A DNA stretch of 63,997 nucleotides, filler included, from an uncultured bacterium (lineage in GTDB: Bacteria; CAZSTA01): assembly GCA_964609495.1 (NCBI GenBank). It is 9 parts of 9 records of this genome, joined end to end, with 100 filler letters (N's around TTAATTAATTAA, not from the genome) between each part and the next. Parts side by side here need not be neighbours in the genome. Positions count along the whole stretch, not along the records: positions 7,605 to 15,096 come from CAZSTA010000182.1; positions 15,197 to 22,638 come from CAZSTA010000183.1; 7 more parts are not named here. One strand, written 5' to 3'. Positions 11,001 to 21,340 of this stretch are shown piece by piece. Below the pieces are notes generated by a model that did not search any database, was not told the DNA's origin, and saw only the letters and a program-made list of their open reading frames with translations. The stretch's first letter is position 1. Each line of letters opens with the position of its first letter. The translations under genes and the position numbers were made by a program.

Positions 11001-13212
11001 GGGATGGGAGAGAGGAGAAGAGATAGAGGAGGAGATAGTAGAGGAGATGAGAGAAGAGATAGAGGGATTGAGAGAGGAAGCGGAGAAGCAGGAGAGAGTG
11101 AAGCTGAGGAGGATAGCGGAGATACTACAAGAGGGGATAGAGAAGTTAAAGATGGGAGATATAACCCTCTCCGAGGAAGCACTATTATGGCTATTCGAGA
11201 TCTGGGATGCTCTGAAGACTCTATCAGAAGGAGGGGAGATAGAGGAGGAAGAGATAATCTCTCTAAGAGATGGATTAGAGAAGCTGGAAGCGATACCTAT
11301 CCCTGAAGAAATCATTCCTGAAGTGGAAGTTATCCCTGAAGAAGAAATATCTATAGAGGAAAAGCTATTCATTAAAGAAGCCGAGGAACATCTTGATCTG
11401 CTTAATCAAATATTCCTAACTATGTGGAATCAACTTCCCGAATATGATCGGGAGTTACTGATCGAGATGGAGCACAGATTAGATGCTCTACAAGAATCTG
11501 CTCATCTATTAGAATATGAATCCATAGATCGTCTAACCCAAAGGATGTTAGATGTCAGTGAAAGAATAAGGGATAATAGGATAGAGCTAACGGAAGATAT
11601 ACTCCGAGTCTTCTTCGATTGCTTTAATGAATTAGAGATATCAACCGAGTCCTTAATTTTGGGAGAAGAGATATCTACAGAAATGATAGATAATCTAGAG
11701 GCTAAACTCCAGTCTATACTGGAAGAGAAAGTGGTTATGGAGGAAATCCCAGAAGAGGAATTGGTGGAGGAAATTACACCAGTCGCCGAGGAGGAGAAGA
11801 TACCGATCGTGCCTCCTGAGGTAGCAATTCCCACCGTTCGAACGGCCGAAGTAGATATGGGGAGACTGGATAGGCTTACGAATCTAGTGGCTGAATTAAC
11901 TATCAGCAAGACAAGATTATCAGGAGAATTGAGCGAATTAGTAAAGGGCATCGGAGAACTAATGAATGAGAGGAGGAAGATAAAGAGATTCGAGAAAGAG
12001 TTCACCGCTACTATAGAAAAAGGGGCGGAGGAACTTCCAAAGCCCCAGATATCCAGAGAATTTAATATCCTAGCTCAGGACTTGAAGACGATGACAACCG
12101 ATATTAATAAGATCTCCTCGAATCTAGATAAGATAAGAAGTGAACTTTATACTAATACCGATTACTTATCCAGAGTAGCCGATGAATTACAACAAGAGAT
12201 CATAAGAGAGAGAATACTCCCCATCTCCAACCTCTTTAGTAGATTCCCTCAAGTGGTGCAAGATATAGCTATAGAGAAGGGTAAAAAAGTCGAGCTTCTG
12301 ATTAAAGGAGGGGATACCAGGATAGATAAGGCTATTCTGGAGGATATCGGCGATTCCCTGTTATATCTGATAAGGAATGAAATAAATCATAGTATAGAAA
12401 CACCCGAAGAGAGAGAAAAAAATGGTAAATCTGAGATAGGGCAGCTAACTCTGAATGCTTACCACTGGGGGAATAGCATTATCATTGAGATGGAGGACGA
12501 TGGAGCTGGTATAGATGATCAACTCCTGATAAAACAGGCGATTGGTAGAGGCTTTATCACGCAGACTGAGGCAGACCAGATGAGCAAAAAAGAAGGGCTG
12601 GAATTGATATTCCTGCCTGACTTTAGCTCGGCAGAAACCTCCGAGGGGGAAATAGGGCTGGATGCAGTGCGAAATAATGTGGCTCGCCTAAGAGGATCTC
12701 TTGATATTCAGTCAACTGTTGGTAAGGGCGCCAAATTCACAATAAAGCTACCCCTGAATCTAGCCACAACTCAGGTGCTTATGATCAAAGTTAGTCTGCA
12801 AACCTTTGCGATAAATTCGGACTCTATAAGTGGAATTATGAGGATCTCGGAGAGATATATAGGAAGGGCTGAAGAAGGGGAGATATTCAAATGGGGAGGA
12901 CAAACCATTCCTCTCCTCTATCTTAAAGATGTGCTTAATATAGATTCCTCGCAATCAAGGAAGATAACCGAGAGTGAGAAGAGAGGACAAAGGCAGGCAG
13001 GATTACTCACAGTAATTGTCTCTAGCGCTGGAAGGAGAATCGGGCTTATTGTAGATGAACTTCTAAGCAAACAAGAGATCGTTATCAAAGGATTAGGGAA
13101 GTACTTAGGGCGCGTTAAAGATATCGCTGGAGCTACTATATCCAGTGATGGAACTGTGATCTTGGTATTGGATATTCCCTCCCTAGTGGAAGGGGTAAAG
13201 ATTAAAGGATAG
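8067..13212 (+). CDS. cheA: Giant CheA/ChpA-like chemosensory protein: multiple Hpt-like domains, dimerisation, HATPase_c and CheW; spans the scaffold gap 10695-10794
   Basis: Hpt motifs (RSAHNIK, VFHSLKGS), RLDRLTNLVAELTI, RFPQVVQDIA...GKKV, DDGAGID and a C-terminal CheW (GLIVDELLSKQEIVIK, IAGATI...ILVLD). The same repeat unit lies on both sides of the gap, so ORFs 8067 and 10849 are one gene. Confidence 0.8.
10572..11345 (+). repeat. Intragenic 441-bp (147 aa) tandem repeat of an Hpt-like domain, collapsed at the N gap
   Basis: 10795.. matches 11236.. (offset 441), and 10581-10694 matches 10918-11031. Confidence 0.85.
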
Positions 13213-13312
13213 ATCCTGATTAAGCCAGAGGAAAAAATATAGGGATATGCTAAAATAGTATTAGCCACCAGGGCTGGAAATGGATATTAGTGAAAGTGAG
13301 AGGTGAATCGAT

Positions 13313-14431
13313 ATGCCAACTACCCAAAGTAAACTCAAACTCGGTATAGAATCTCTGCTCAAAGCTATGGTCGATATAAGAGCTTCAGACCTACATCTTC
13401 AGGCAGAAAGTTCTCCCTTCCTGAGAGTAGAAGATCGACTCCGTCCTACAAAATGGAGAGTCTTAAGTGCTGAAGATACTAAAATACTTCTATATACTAT
13501 GTTGAGCGAGGATCAGATCCAAGCTTTCGAAAGGGATAAGGAGTTGGACTTCGCTTATACTAGCCCCAAGCTAGGGAGATTCCGAGGAAATGCCTTCTGG
13601 CAAAGAGGTTGCATAGGAATAGCTATAAGAAGGGTTCTGTCCAATATCTTAGGCTTTGAAGAGTTGGGACTCCCTTCCGCAGTTAAGGCTCTCTGTGAAG
13701 AACCAAGGGGTATGATATTGGTGACGGGAACCACCGGTAGTGGTAAAACCACTACTCTAGGGGCAATGATAGATTATATCAACTCTACTAAAAGATATCA
13801 CATAATCACTATCGAGGATCCCATAGAGATCTTACATGAAAATAAGATGAGCTTAGTCGATCAGCGAGAAGTAAAGCTTGATACTAAGAGCTTCGCTAAT
13901 GCAGTGAGACAGGTGCTTCGCCAGGATCCAGATGTGATCCTCATCGGAGAGATGCGTGATCTGGAGACTATGGAGGCTGCTATAAACGCGGCTGATTCTG
14001 GACATCTAGTTCTATCAACTATGCACACCTTAGATGCCTCAGAGACGATTAATAGAATTATAGATATATTCCCCTCACATCAGCAAGAACAGATTCGAGC
14101 AGTTCTATCTTCAGTCCTACAAGGCGTTATCTCCCAGAGACTGCTACCAAGAATCCCCAAGCCCGGGGCTTTAGGGTTAGTTCCTGCTGTCGAAGTGATG
14201 ATATCCACCTCCCGTATTCAAAGCTTGATCAAGAAGGGAGGAGGTAGCCTCGATATCAAGCAAGCGATAAGTGAGGGGGAAATGAGAGGGATGCAGACCT
14301 TCGATCAAGCCCTGTGGAGACTATATCAAGCGGGTGCGGTTCGATACGATGATGCTCTAGCCAAATCTACCAGCCCTCACGACTTCGAGATTATGAGGAA
14401 ACAAACCGAGTACAAGCTCGAAGGAGTATAG
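13313..14431 (+). CDS. pilT: Type IV pilus retraction ATPase, PilT/PilU family
   Basis: ASDLHL, GRFRGN, Walker A GTTGSGKTT, HIITIEDPIE, LRQDPDVILIGEMRD, GHLVLSTMHT and GMQTFDQ motifs. Confidence 0.9.
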   Translation: MPTTQSKLKLGIESLLKAMVDIRASDLHLQAESSPFLRVEDRLRPTKWRVLSAEDTKILLYTMLSEDQIQAFERDKELDFAYTSPKLGRFRGNAFWQRGCIGIAIRRVLSNILGFEELGLPSAVKALCEEPRGMILVTGTTGSGKTTTLGAMIDYINSTKRYHIITIEDPIEILHENKMSLVDQREVKLDTKSFANAVRQVLRQDPDVILIGEMRDLETMEAAINAADSGHLVLSTMHTLDASETINRIIDIFPSHQQEQIRAVLSSVLQGVISQRLLPRIPKPGALGLVPAVEVMISTSRIQSLIKKGGGSLDIKQAISEGEMRGMQTFDQALWRLYQAGAVRYDDALAKSTSPHDFEIMRKQTEYKLEGV

Positions 14432-14435
14432 AGAT

Positions 14436-15096
14436 TTGAACCTCCTTGCAGATAACTTAATAATAGAATACCTGCATATCGGGATACGTCTTCTATTAGC
14501 GGCGATCTGTGGAGGTCTCGTCGGATTGGAGCGAGAGACTCGTAATAGACCGGCAGGATTAAGAACTCATATGTTGGTTTGTGTAGGTTCAGCTTTGATT
14601 ATGATGGTCTCCACTCATATATACGCTCTATTTGGATCAGTGAATGATCCTGGTCGGATAGCAGCCCAAGTAGTAACTGGTATCGGCTTTTTAGGCGCAG
14701 GGACTATAATTAGACAAGGTAATATAGTCAGAGGTTTAACCACCGCCGCTGGTCTCTGGGTCGTATCGGGGATTGGGCTAGCTATAGGAACTGGCTTCTA
14801 TTTGGGAGCTTTCATCACTGTAGTTCTGGTCCTGCTTATCCTTTTCCTATTACGTTGGGTTGAAAGCAAGATTTTCGCTAAGGGCGAATATGAAGATATA
14901 GTGGTAGAGGTGAAGGATATACCTGGACAGATAGGCAAGATCGGGACTCTTATGGGGAATTTAGGAGTTAATATTCGCAATGTAACTATAGAGGATAAGG
15001 GCGAAGATTCGGTAATTATAGAATTTCAGGTAACCCTTCCCTCACATATATCTAGAAATAGATTGATGACTGAGCTATCTCAATTAGATGAAGTGA
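14436..15096 (+). CDS. MgtC/SapB family membrane protein with a C-terminal ACT domain, 3'-truncated
   Basis: GLERE...AGLRTH, DPGRIAAQVVTGIGFLGAG and GLTTAA motifs; ACT motif DIPGQIGKI. Confidence 0.9.
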
Positions 15097-15219
15097 NNNN
15101 NNNNNNNNNNNNNNNNNNNNNNNNNNNNNNNNNNNNNNNNTTAATTAATTAANNNNNNNNNNNNNNNNNNNNNNNNNNNNNNNNNNNNNNNNNNNNAGTA
15201 ATTGTGGGATCCACTAGGT

Positions 15220-15248
15220 GGCGGTTAGGCCCTATTGGCCTGACCGCC
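15220..15248. terminator. GC-rich hairpin, probable terminator of the preceding (missing) gene
   Basis: GGCGGTTAGGCC-CTATT-GGCCTGACCGCC, a 12-bp stem with one G-U pair; the U-tract is weak. Confidence 0.45.
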
Positions 15249-15294
15249 TACTTAAATCTGGAAAGCTCTTTTATCAAGATAGAAAGGCGATGGT

Positions 15295-16506
15295 ATGTTA
15301 GATATACTCAAAGTTACCCTAGTTTTCGGGGTAATAATCCTGCTTCTGAGGAGAAAGATCAATCTAGGAATAGCCATGATAATAGCCTCAGTAGTTTTGA
15401 GTCTTCTCTACAGTATGTCCATCCCCAATATCCTGAAGCTATTCCTAATTACCTCTATCGAATCTAACACTTTAACCCTTATCTCGGCTTTGCTCTTGAT
15501 CGTAATCTTGGAGAATATAATCCGCAAAAATATGCTTCTCCAAAAGATGGTAACTTCTCTCAAAGGGTTGCTCAAGGATAGACGATTGGTGATGGCTATC
15601 CTCCCAGCTTTTATCGGCTTCCTACCCTCCGTAGGAGGGGCTATCTTCTCCGCTCCAATGGTCGAGGAGACGAGTCAAGGGATGTCCTTGACCGCTGAGA
15701 AGAAGAGCTTTGTCAACTATTGGTATCGACATATTTGGGAATTCATATTCCCCCTATATCCTGGTATAATCCTGGCGGCTAAGTTATTACAAGTGTCGAT
15801 GCGCCAACTGATCCTTGTTCAATATCCTTTTTCTTTAACTGCGGCAATAATAGGATTGCCGATAGCCTTTAGAGGAATCGATAACTATTTATCTGAGACC
15901 GAATCTAAGAATCGAAAGCAATATCTAAAGGATCTAGCTTTGGGAGTGAGTCCTATTCTATCAGCTTTGATATTAGTCTTCGTCGTAGGATTAGATATAT
16001 CCATATCTTTGTCCATAGTCGTAGTAAGCCTGATGATCATCTTCAGATACTCCTACAAGCAGGTTATCGAAGCTCTGAGAGAATCGATATCACTGAAGAT
16101 AATCTTTTTGGTACTCGGGATAATGATCTTCAAGAATACCTTGATCGCAAGTGGAGCGGTTGATGCTCTTCCTCAAGCTCTTATGTCTTTAGGTATTCCC
16201 CGTTTATTGATATTTATGATCTTACCCCTTACCATTGGAGTCCTAACTGGCTCGACTCAAGCTTTTGTTGGAGCCACCTTTCCGATGCTTTTGGGAATAG
16301 CTGGAGCAGGAGGGCTAAATCTCAGATTATTGGCTTTTGCCTTCGTTAGTGGTTATGCAGGAGTTATGCTCTCTCCTACTCACGTGTGCTTGATCTTAAC
16401 CCTTCAGCACTTCAAGGCTGACTTCAGCAAAGTCTATAAAATGTTGCTATTGCCAGAGACAGCTATAGTCTCTCTAGCGGCTATTCTATACCTTCTATTT
16501 AGTTAG
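15295..16506 (+). CDS. DUF401-family (IT-superfamily) membrane transporter
   Basis: PAFIGFLPSVGGAIFSAPMV, VNYWYRHIWE..PLYPG and GVMLSPTHVC motifs. Confidence 0.85.
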   Translation: MLDILKVTLVFGVIILLLRRKINLGIAMIIASVVLSLLYSMSIPNILKLFLITSIESNTLTLISALLLIVILENIIRKNMLLQKMVTSLKGLLKDRRLVMAILPAFIGFLPSVGGAIFSAPMVEETSQGMSLTAEKKSFVNYWYRHIWEFIFPLYPGIILAAKLLQVSMRQLILVQYPFSLTAAIIGLPIAFRGIDNYLSETESKNRKQYLKDLALGVSPILSALILVFVVGLDISISLSIVVVSLMIIFRYSYKQVIEALRESISLKIIFLVLGIMIFKNTLIASGAVDALPQALMSLGIPRLLIFMILPLTIGVLTGSTQAFVGATFPMLLGIAGAGGLNLRLLAFAFVSGYAGVMLSPTHVCLILTLQHFKADFSKVYKMLLLPETAIVSLAAILYLLFS

Positions 16507-16594
16507 AAAGTTCACTTTGAACACCCAAAAATCTATCAGTTTCTATTTTCTACTTTTGATGTAGTGTGATTTTCAAAGACAAGGAGGAATTTGG

Positions 16595-17737
16595 ATGCTA
16601 AGTCAAATGACCTCGAAAGAGAGGATGTTAACCGCTATCTGGAATAAGCAGCCCGATATGGTTCCCATAGCTCCTGATATATCCAATATGATCCCTGCCA
16701 AATTGCTCGGTAAACCATTCTGGAGTATCTATAAGGATGAAGACCCTCCTCTCTGGAGAGGCTATGTGGAGGCGGTTAAATACTTTAAATTCGATGGCTG
16801 GTTCATTTACGGAGGAGTGGAATTCAAACCCGACCCCCAGATTACCGAGAAGAGAGAGGTAGTAAAGAAGACCGATGAGAGGGTTATAGAATCTGTTGTA
16901 TATGGCACTCCTGCGGGAGATCTGACGGAGGAATGGACTTACTATATCGCTGATCCTCCCACTCCTACCGTGAAGAGGATAAAGGATCTCGAGAAAGATT
17001 TCTCTAAGTTGAGATATTTCTATCCAGAGATATCGAATTATGATTCCTTGGAACTGGAGATTATGAGGAAGGAATTAGGTGATCTTGGAGTGCTAGGAGT
17101 AGCGGTAGGTTATCCGGGCTTCCAAAATTGGTTCTATGGGATGGAAGGAGGATTGGAGGCTCTAACTTATACCTACTACGATCATCACGATCTTATCGAG
17201 GAATGGGTAGCTATGGAGGATAGATATATCGCTCGCCAGATGGAGATGCTCTTAGATGCTAAGCCCGACTTTGTCCTTTTAGGAGCTTCGGGAACTATAA
17301 CTCTGCAATCCCCCGCTCTCTTCAGGGAATTAGGATTACCAACGGTTAAGAAGCTCACCAAGATGGCGAAGGAGGCGGGAATCCCCACGATGTTGCATAG
17401 CTGTGGTAAGGAGAGAGCCTTGGTGGAGATATGTGCTAATGAGACCGATCTCAATTGTATCAACCCTCTGGAGATCCCTCCGATGGGAGACTGTGATCTA
17501 GCAGAAATCAAAGGGGAATTTGGGGATAAGATGTCTTTGATGGGGAATATCCATACTACCGAGGTTATGCTAATGGGAAGTGTGGAGGAGGTGGAGCGAG
17601 TGGCGAAGAAGTGCATCGATGACGCCGCGGAAGGTGGTGGTTTCATCCTATCGACTGGCGATCAATGTGGAAGGGATACCCCCGATGAGAATATATTTAA
17701 GCTGGTAGAGGTCGCCAGAACCTACGGTAAATATTGA
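16595..17737 (+). CDS. Uroporphyrinogen decarboxylase / MtaA-CmuA methyltransferase family protein
   Basis: MTSKERM...PDMVP, LHSCG, LMGNI and GGGFILSTGDQC...TPDEN motifs; HxC...C putative Zn ligands. Confidence 0.85.
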   Translation: MLSQMTSKERMLTAIWNKQPDMVPIAPDISNMIPAKLLGKPFWSIYKDEDPPLWRGYVEAVKYFKFDGWFIYGGVEFKPDPQITEKREVVKKTDERVIESVVYGTPAGDLTEEWTYYIADPPTPTVKRIKDLEKDFSKLRYFYPEISNYDSLELEIMRKELGDLGVLGVAVGYPGFQNWFYGMEGGLEALTYTYYDHHDLIEEWVAMEDRYIARQMEMLLDAKPDFVLLGASGTITLQSPALFRELGLPTVKKLTKMAKEAGIPTMLHSCGKERALVEICANETDLNCINPLEIPPMGDCDLAEIKGEFGDKMSLMGNIHTTEVMLMGSVEEVERVAKKCIDDAAEGGGFILSTGDQCGRDTPDENIFKLVEVARTYGKY

Positions 17738-17915
17738 TGAGAGTGAGGACCTTCGTTCTATAGTGCCCCTTGACAATTTGGTCGGCAAGAGCTAATCAGT
17801 ATGAATTCTACCTATGCCGATAAATCAGCCTGAGACCGATTTTATTGGCTCGACCATAGGATTGTAGGGATACTACCTCGATTTTACATATGTTCATTAA
17901 ATATCAATCGAGGGC

Positions 17916-17944
17916 TTGACATTGACCAAATTTTCTGTTAATAT
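17916..17944 (+). promoter_or_regulatory. Sigma70-type promoter for the substrate-binding protein gene
   Basis: TTGACA-17 bp-TAATAT with TG extension. Confidence 0.55.
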
Positions 17945-18042
17945 AAGTTTTGAAAATTCATACTGCGGCCGGAGGAGGTGATGAGTTCTTAATAGGCCGA
18001 AGATTTTAGTTACCATAATAATAACTAAAGGAGGTTATTGCT

Positions 18043-19281
18043 GTGAAAAGAAAGTTTCTTCTCTTAGTAGTTGCCTTACTGCTTTCAGTGGCGAGTCTAA
18101 GTGTTGGCTTTGCCCAAGCCCCGATTAAGGTTGGAACACTGGTTCCGCTCACCGGGCCTCTGGCAGAGTTTGGCCCCAATTTTATTAATGGGGCAGGTCT
18201 GGCAGCAGCGCAGCTAAAGGTTGTAGGCCTTGAAATCGAGCTAATCCATGCAGATACCGAGACATCAGCTATCCCAGGCGTCGCAGCCGCTCGCAAACTG
18301 GTGGACATTGATAAAGTAGTAGCTATTGCAGGAGCGGCAGCTACTGGCGTGACCCTTCCGGTAGCTGAGTCGGTAACTATCCCCAACAAGGTGGTGCAGA
18401 TTTCCTATGCTTCTACCTCACCACTGCTTACCGTTCTTCCCGCCGACGAGGGTCAAAACTTCCTCTATAGAACCTGCCCCTCTGATGCTCTGCAAGGTGT
18501 AATCATGGGCAAGCTAGCCTGGGAACTAGGCTACAAGACCGCTTCCGCCCTATACGTGAACAATCCATACGGTCAGGGCCTTGCCGAGCAATTCAAGAAA
18601 TCCTTCGAACACCGTGGTGGCAAGGTACTGGCAATGGTTCCCCACGACGAGGCAGCCGCACCTACATATGTTGCAGAACTCCGCAAGGCAACCGAGGGTA
18701 GCCCTGATATACTGGCAGCCATCAGCTATCCCGGCCATGCCACTATCTATCTTAGAGAGGCCATCGAGGGCGGATTCGCCAGTGAATTCCTCTTCTGCGA
18801 TGGCACGAAATCCCTTGAGATCATCGCAGCCGTGGGCACAGAGGCACTTGAAGGAATGCAAGGGACTGCCCCTGGTTCTGCCTTGACCAAATCCTATGAG
18901 AGTTTCCTGGCTGGCTACGCGAAAACCTATGGCACACCGCCCCCGCTGCCTTACATATCGAATATGTATGACGCTGTCGCTGTTATCGGCCTCGCCATCA
19001 AAGCTGCTCAAGTAGCTGGAGAGCCAGTCACCGGGACCTCTATCAGAGATCACTTGCGCGATGTAGCCAATCCACCAGGTGAGATTATCGAACCCGGTGT
19101 CGCTGGATTCAAGAAAGCCTTCGAGCTGTTGGAACAGGGCAAGGATATCAACTATGAAGGTGCTGCTGGTTCGGTGGACTTTGACGAAAACGGCAACGTA
19201 GTTACACCCATCGAAATTTGGAAATTCAGTGGTGGTACAATTGCGCCAATCAGAGTAGAAGTTGAACTGCCAGAGATATAA
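18043..19281 (+). CDS. Branched-chain amino acid type ABC transporter substrate-binding protein (LivK-like)
   Basis: Signal peptide; IKVGTLVPLTG, RTCPSDALQG, YDAV and INYEGAAGSVDFDENG motifs. Confidence 0.9.
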   Translation: MKRKFLLLVVALLLSVASLSVGFAQAPIKVGTLVPLTGPLAEFGPNFINGAGLAAAQLKVVGLEIELIHADTETSAIPGVAAARKLVDIDKVVAIAGAAATGVTLPVAESVTIPNKVVQISYASTSPLLTVLPADEGQNFLYRTCPSDALQGVIMGKLAWELGYKTASALYVNNPYGQGLAEQFKKSFEHRGGKVLAMVPHDEAAAPTYVAELRKATEGSPDILAAISYPGHATIYLREAIEGGFASEFLFCDGTKSLEIIAAVGTEALEGMQGTAPGSALTKSYESFLAGYAKTYGTPPPLPYISNMYDAVAVIGLAIKAAQVAGEPVTGTSIRDHLRDVANPPGEIIEPGVAGFKKAFELLEQGKDINYEGAAGSVDFDENGNVVTPIEIWKFSGGTIAPIRVEVELPEI

Positions 19282-19304
19282 AATAAAGCAAAGGGTCGAA
19301 AGAC

Positions 19305-19343
19305 AAAAAGAGGAATCTACTATAGTAGATTCCTCTTTTTTTT
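19305..19343. terminator. Bidirectional intrinsic terminator between convergent liv genes
   Basis: Perfect palindrome AAAAAGAGGAATCTAC-TATA-GTAGATTCCTCTTTTT followed by more Ts. Confidence 0.9.
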
Positions 19344-19441
19344 CTTAAAGCATCCATTAGTTGTGTATCAAACTCTATTCCCTTGAAACAGAAAGGAAGA
19401 AATAATTACAAACCTACCAGTCCATTTCTTTAGATATTTGC

Positions 19442-20416
19442 TCATTTGTCTAACATCTTGGAGACCCTTTTTTCTTCTCCTAACAGTCCTTGTGGTCTGG
19501 CTAAAAGTGTGCTCACCAATAGGATGCCAATAATAAGGTAGCGGATATAAGGTGCTCTTGAGAGGAGCATCGGTGGCAAGAGGGCATCGGTAAGAAAAGT
19601 GGTACCCGTCCAGATCCCCCAAACGACGAACGCACCCAAGATGGCTCCCTTGTTGTTACCACTTCCACCAAGCATCAGCATCACCCAGATGATGAAGGTG
19701 CCAAACAGCGGGGTAAAGGTTGAGGGCTGGATAGCCCGCACATAATGAGCATAAAGTGCCCCACCGATCCCCATAATCATCGCCCCTAGAATCAGCGACT
19801 GCATCTTAAATCCGAAAATATCCTTCCCGCTCATCCCGGTAGAAACCTCATCCTCGCGAATGGCACGCAACACCCGGCCCCAAGGAGAGCGAATCCCGCG
19901 CTCTATAGCTAAATATACCAGGGTCATAATGGCCAGGACAATAACCAGGTAAACATAGTTATAGCTTTGCGGCTCAACCAACCCGCGCAGGGGCTGAGGC
20001 AACCCAATTAATCCTTGCGGCCCATTGGCCAGCCAGCGCTCGTTGTTAAAAATTAAACGAATGGTTTCCGCGATTCCGAGGGTAGCGATCGCCAGGTAAT
20101 CCTCTCTCAGCCTTAGAGTAGGGAACCCGACCAAAAAAGCGATGATCCCACAGGCGAAAGCTGCCCCTACCAGCCCGATCACAAAAGGCAGATCCAAGCC
20201 TATTATCTGCTTCACGTATTGTGCTAGTGGGCCGGTAGGCATAGGGCTCGTGAGCAACGCTGAGGTATAGGCCCCCACCGCAAAAAAACCAGCAACTCCA
20301 ATGTTAAACAGGCCCGTATAGCCCCATTGTATATTGAGTCCCAGCGCAAAGACAGCGTAAATGCTAGCCATGATCGCAAAAGATACTAAATAGGCGAGAA
20401 TTCCACCGATATCCAT
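19442..20416 (-). CDS. livM: Branched-chain amino acid ABC permease (LivM-type)
   Basis: GLNIQWGYTGLFN, LRLREDYLAIATLG and SPWGRVLRAIREDE motifs; start moved to ATG 20416 behind a GGAGG RBS. Confidence 0.88.
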   Translation of the reverse strand: MDIGGILAYLVSFAIMASIYAVFALGLNIQWGYTGLFNIGVAGFFAVGAYTSALLTSPMPTGPLAQYVKQIIGLDLPFVIGLVGAAFACGIIAFLVGFPTLRLREDYLAIATLGIAETIRLIFNNERWLANGPQGLIGLPQPLRGLVEPQSYNYVYLVIVLAIMTLVYLAIERGIRSPWGRVLRAIREDEVSTGMSGKDIFGFKMQSLILGAMIMGIGGALYAHYVRAIQPSTFTPLFGTFIIWVMLMLGGSGNNKGAILGAFVVWGIWTGTTFLTDALLPPMLLSRAPYIRYLIIGILLVSTLLARPQGLLGEEKRVSKMLDK

Positions 20417-20420
20417 TTCG

Positions 20421-21329
20421 CTATTCTCGACCTCCAAAGATCCCCTGAGGCCTGAATAAAAGGACAATGATCAGGATGACAAAGGCTACGGCCGGCTTGT
20501 AGGCTGGATTAAAGAAGCCGGTAGAAACCTGCTGGGCGACCCCTATGACCATTCCTCCTACCAATGCTCCATAGGGGTTGCCAATCCCGCCCAAGATGGT
20601 GGCCGCAAAGAAGGGGATGAGGAAAGCCCAGCCCATCTCGGGGCGGAGCTGAGCATCGATAGCGTAGAAGACCCCGCCGGCGGCTGTTAAAGCTCCGCCG
20701 ATCCCCCAAGTCCAGATGATCACCCGTTCGGTATCAATGCCGGTTACCCGGGCCAACTCCATGTTATCAGCGGTGGCACGCATAGCTACACCCATCTTGG
20801 TGTGTTGCAGGAAGAGATATACCAAAGCGACCAAGATGAAGACAATAATGACGATGACGATCTGGTCAGGCTTGAGCCTAATATCCCAGGGAAGCCGAAG
20901 GGCAAAGCGCAGCTCACGGCTATAGAAGTGGAAGTCCGCACCCCAGATGATATAAATGATACTGCGCACAATGAAGGCTACCCCCAAGGCAGCCATCGCC
21001 ATAAGCACCGAGCTGGAGCGCCGCCGGCGCAGCGGCCGATAGAGCAGCCGATCGATCAGGATGGCCACGCCCGCTGTGGCACCCATCGCTACGGGAAGGG
21101 CAATAACCATGCGCCAGCCAAAGGAGAGCGGACCAAAAGTATTCTCGGGAACACCCAGCCGGGGCAGAGCGCCCGTGATCATAAACAAGACAATATAAGC
21201 GCCCAGAGTCATCAAGTCCCCATGGGAGAAGTTAGCAAACCGCAAAATGCCAAAAACCATCGTAAGGCCAATGGCCCCCAAAGCAATAATACTACCCAAA
21301 ACAATCCCATAGACAATCAGTTCCATCAT
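20421..21329 (-). CDS. livH: Branched-chain amino acid ABC permease (LivH-type)
   Basis: FANFSHGD, GVAMRATADN...LARVTGI and GGIGNPYGA motifs. Confidence 0.9.
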   Translation of the reverse strand: MMELIVYGIVLGSIIALGAIGLTMVFGILRFANFSHGDLMTLGAYIVLFMITGALPRLGVPENTFGPLSFGWRMVIALPVAMGATAGVAILIDRLLYRPLRRRRSSSVLMAMAALGVAFIVRSIIYIIWGADFHFYSRELRFALRLPWDIRLKPDQIVIVIIVFILVALVYLFLQHTKMGVAMRATADNMELARVTGIDTERVIIWTWGIGGALTAAGGVFYAIDAQLRPEMGWAFLIPFFAATILGGIGNPYGALVGGMVIGVAQQVSTGFFNPAYKPAVAFVILIIVLLFRPQGIFGGRE

Positions 21330-21340
21330 CCGCTATACTC

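Noticed and set aside
6719..12005. Long Ser/Ile-rich antisense ORFs (e.g. 6719-7237, 10635-11372, 11502-12005)
   Set aside because: These are shadow frames of Glu-rich sense genes (GAA/GAG codons) with no RBS or motifs.
3144..14431. Treating the giant TPR lipoprotein and the MCP-CheA-PilT genes as one system
   Set aside because: They lie on different contigs joined only by size ordering.
16595..17737. Calling this gene hemE
   Set aside because: It carries the HxC...C pattern of the broader URO-D/MtaA family and has no tetrapyrrole gene context, so the substrate cannot be assigned.
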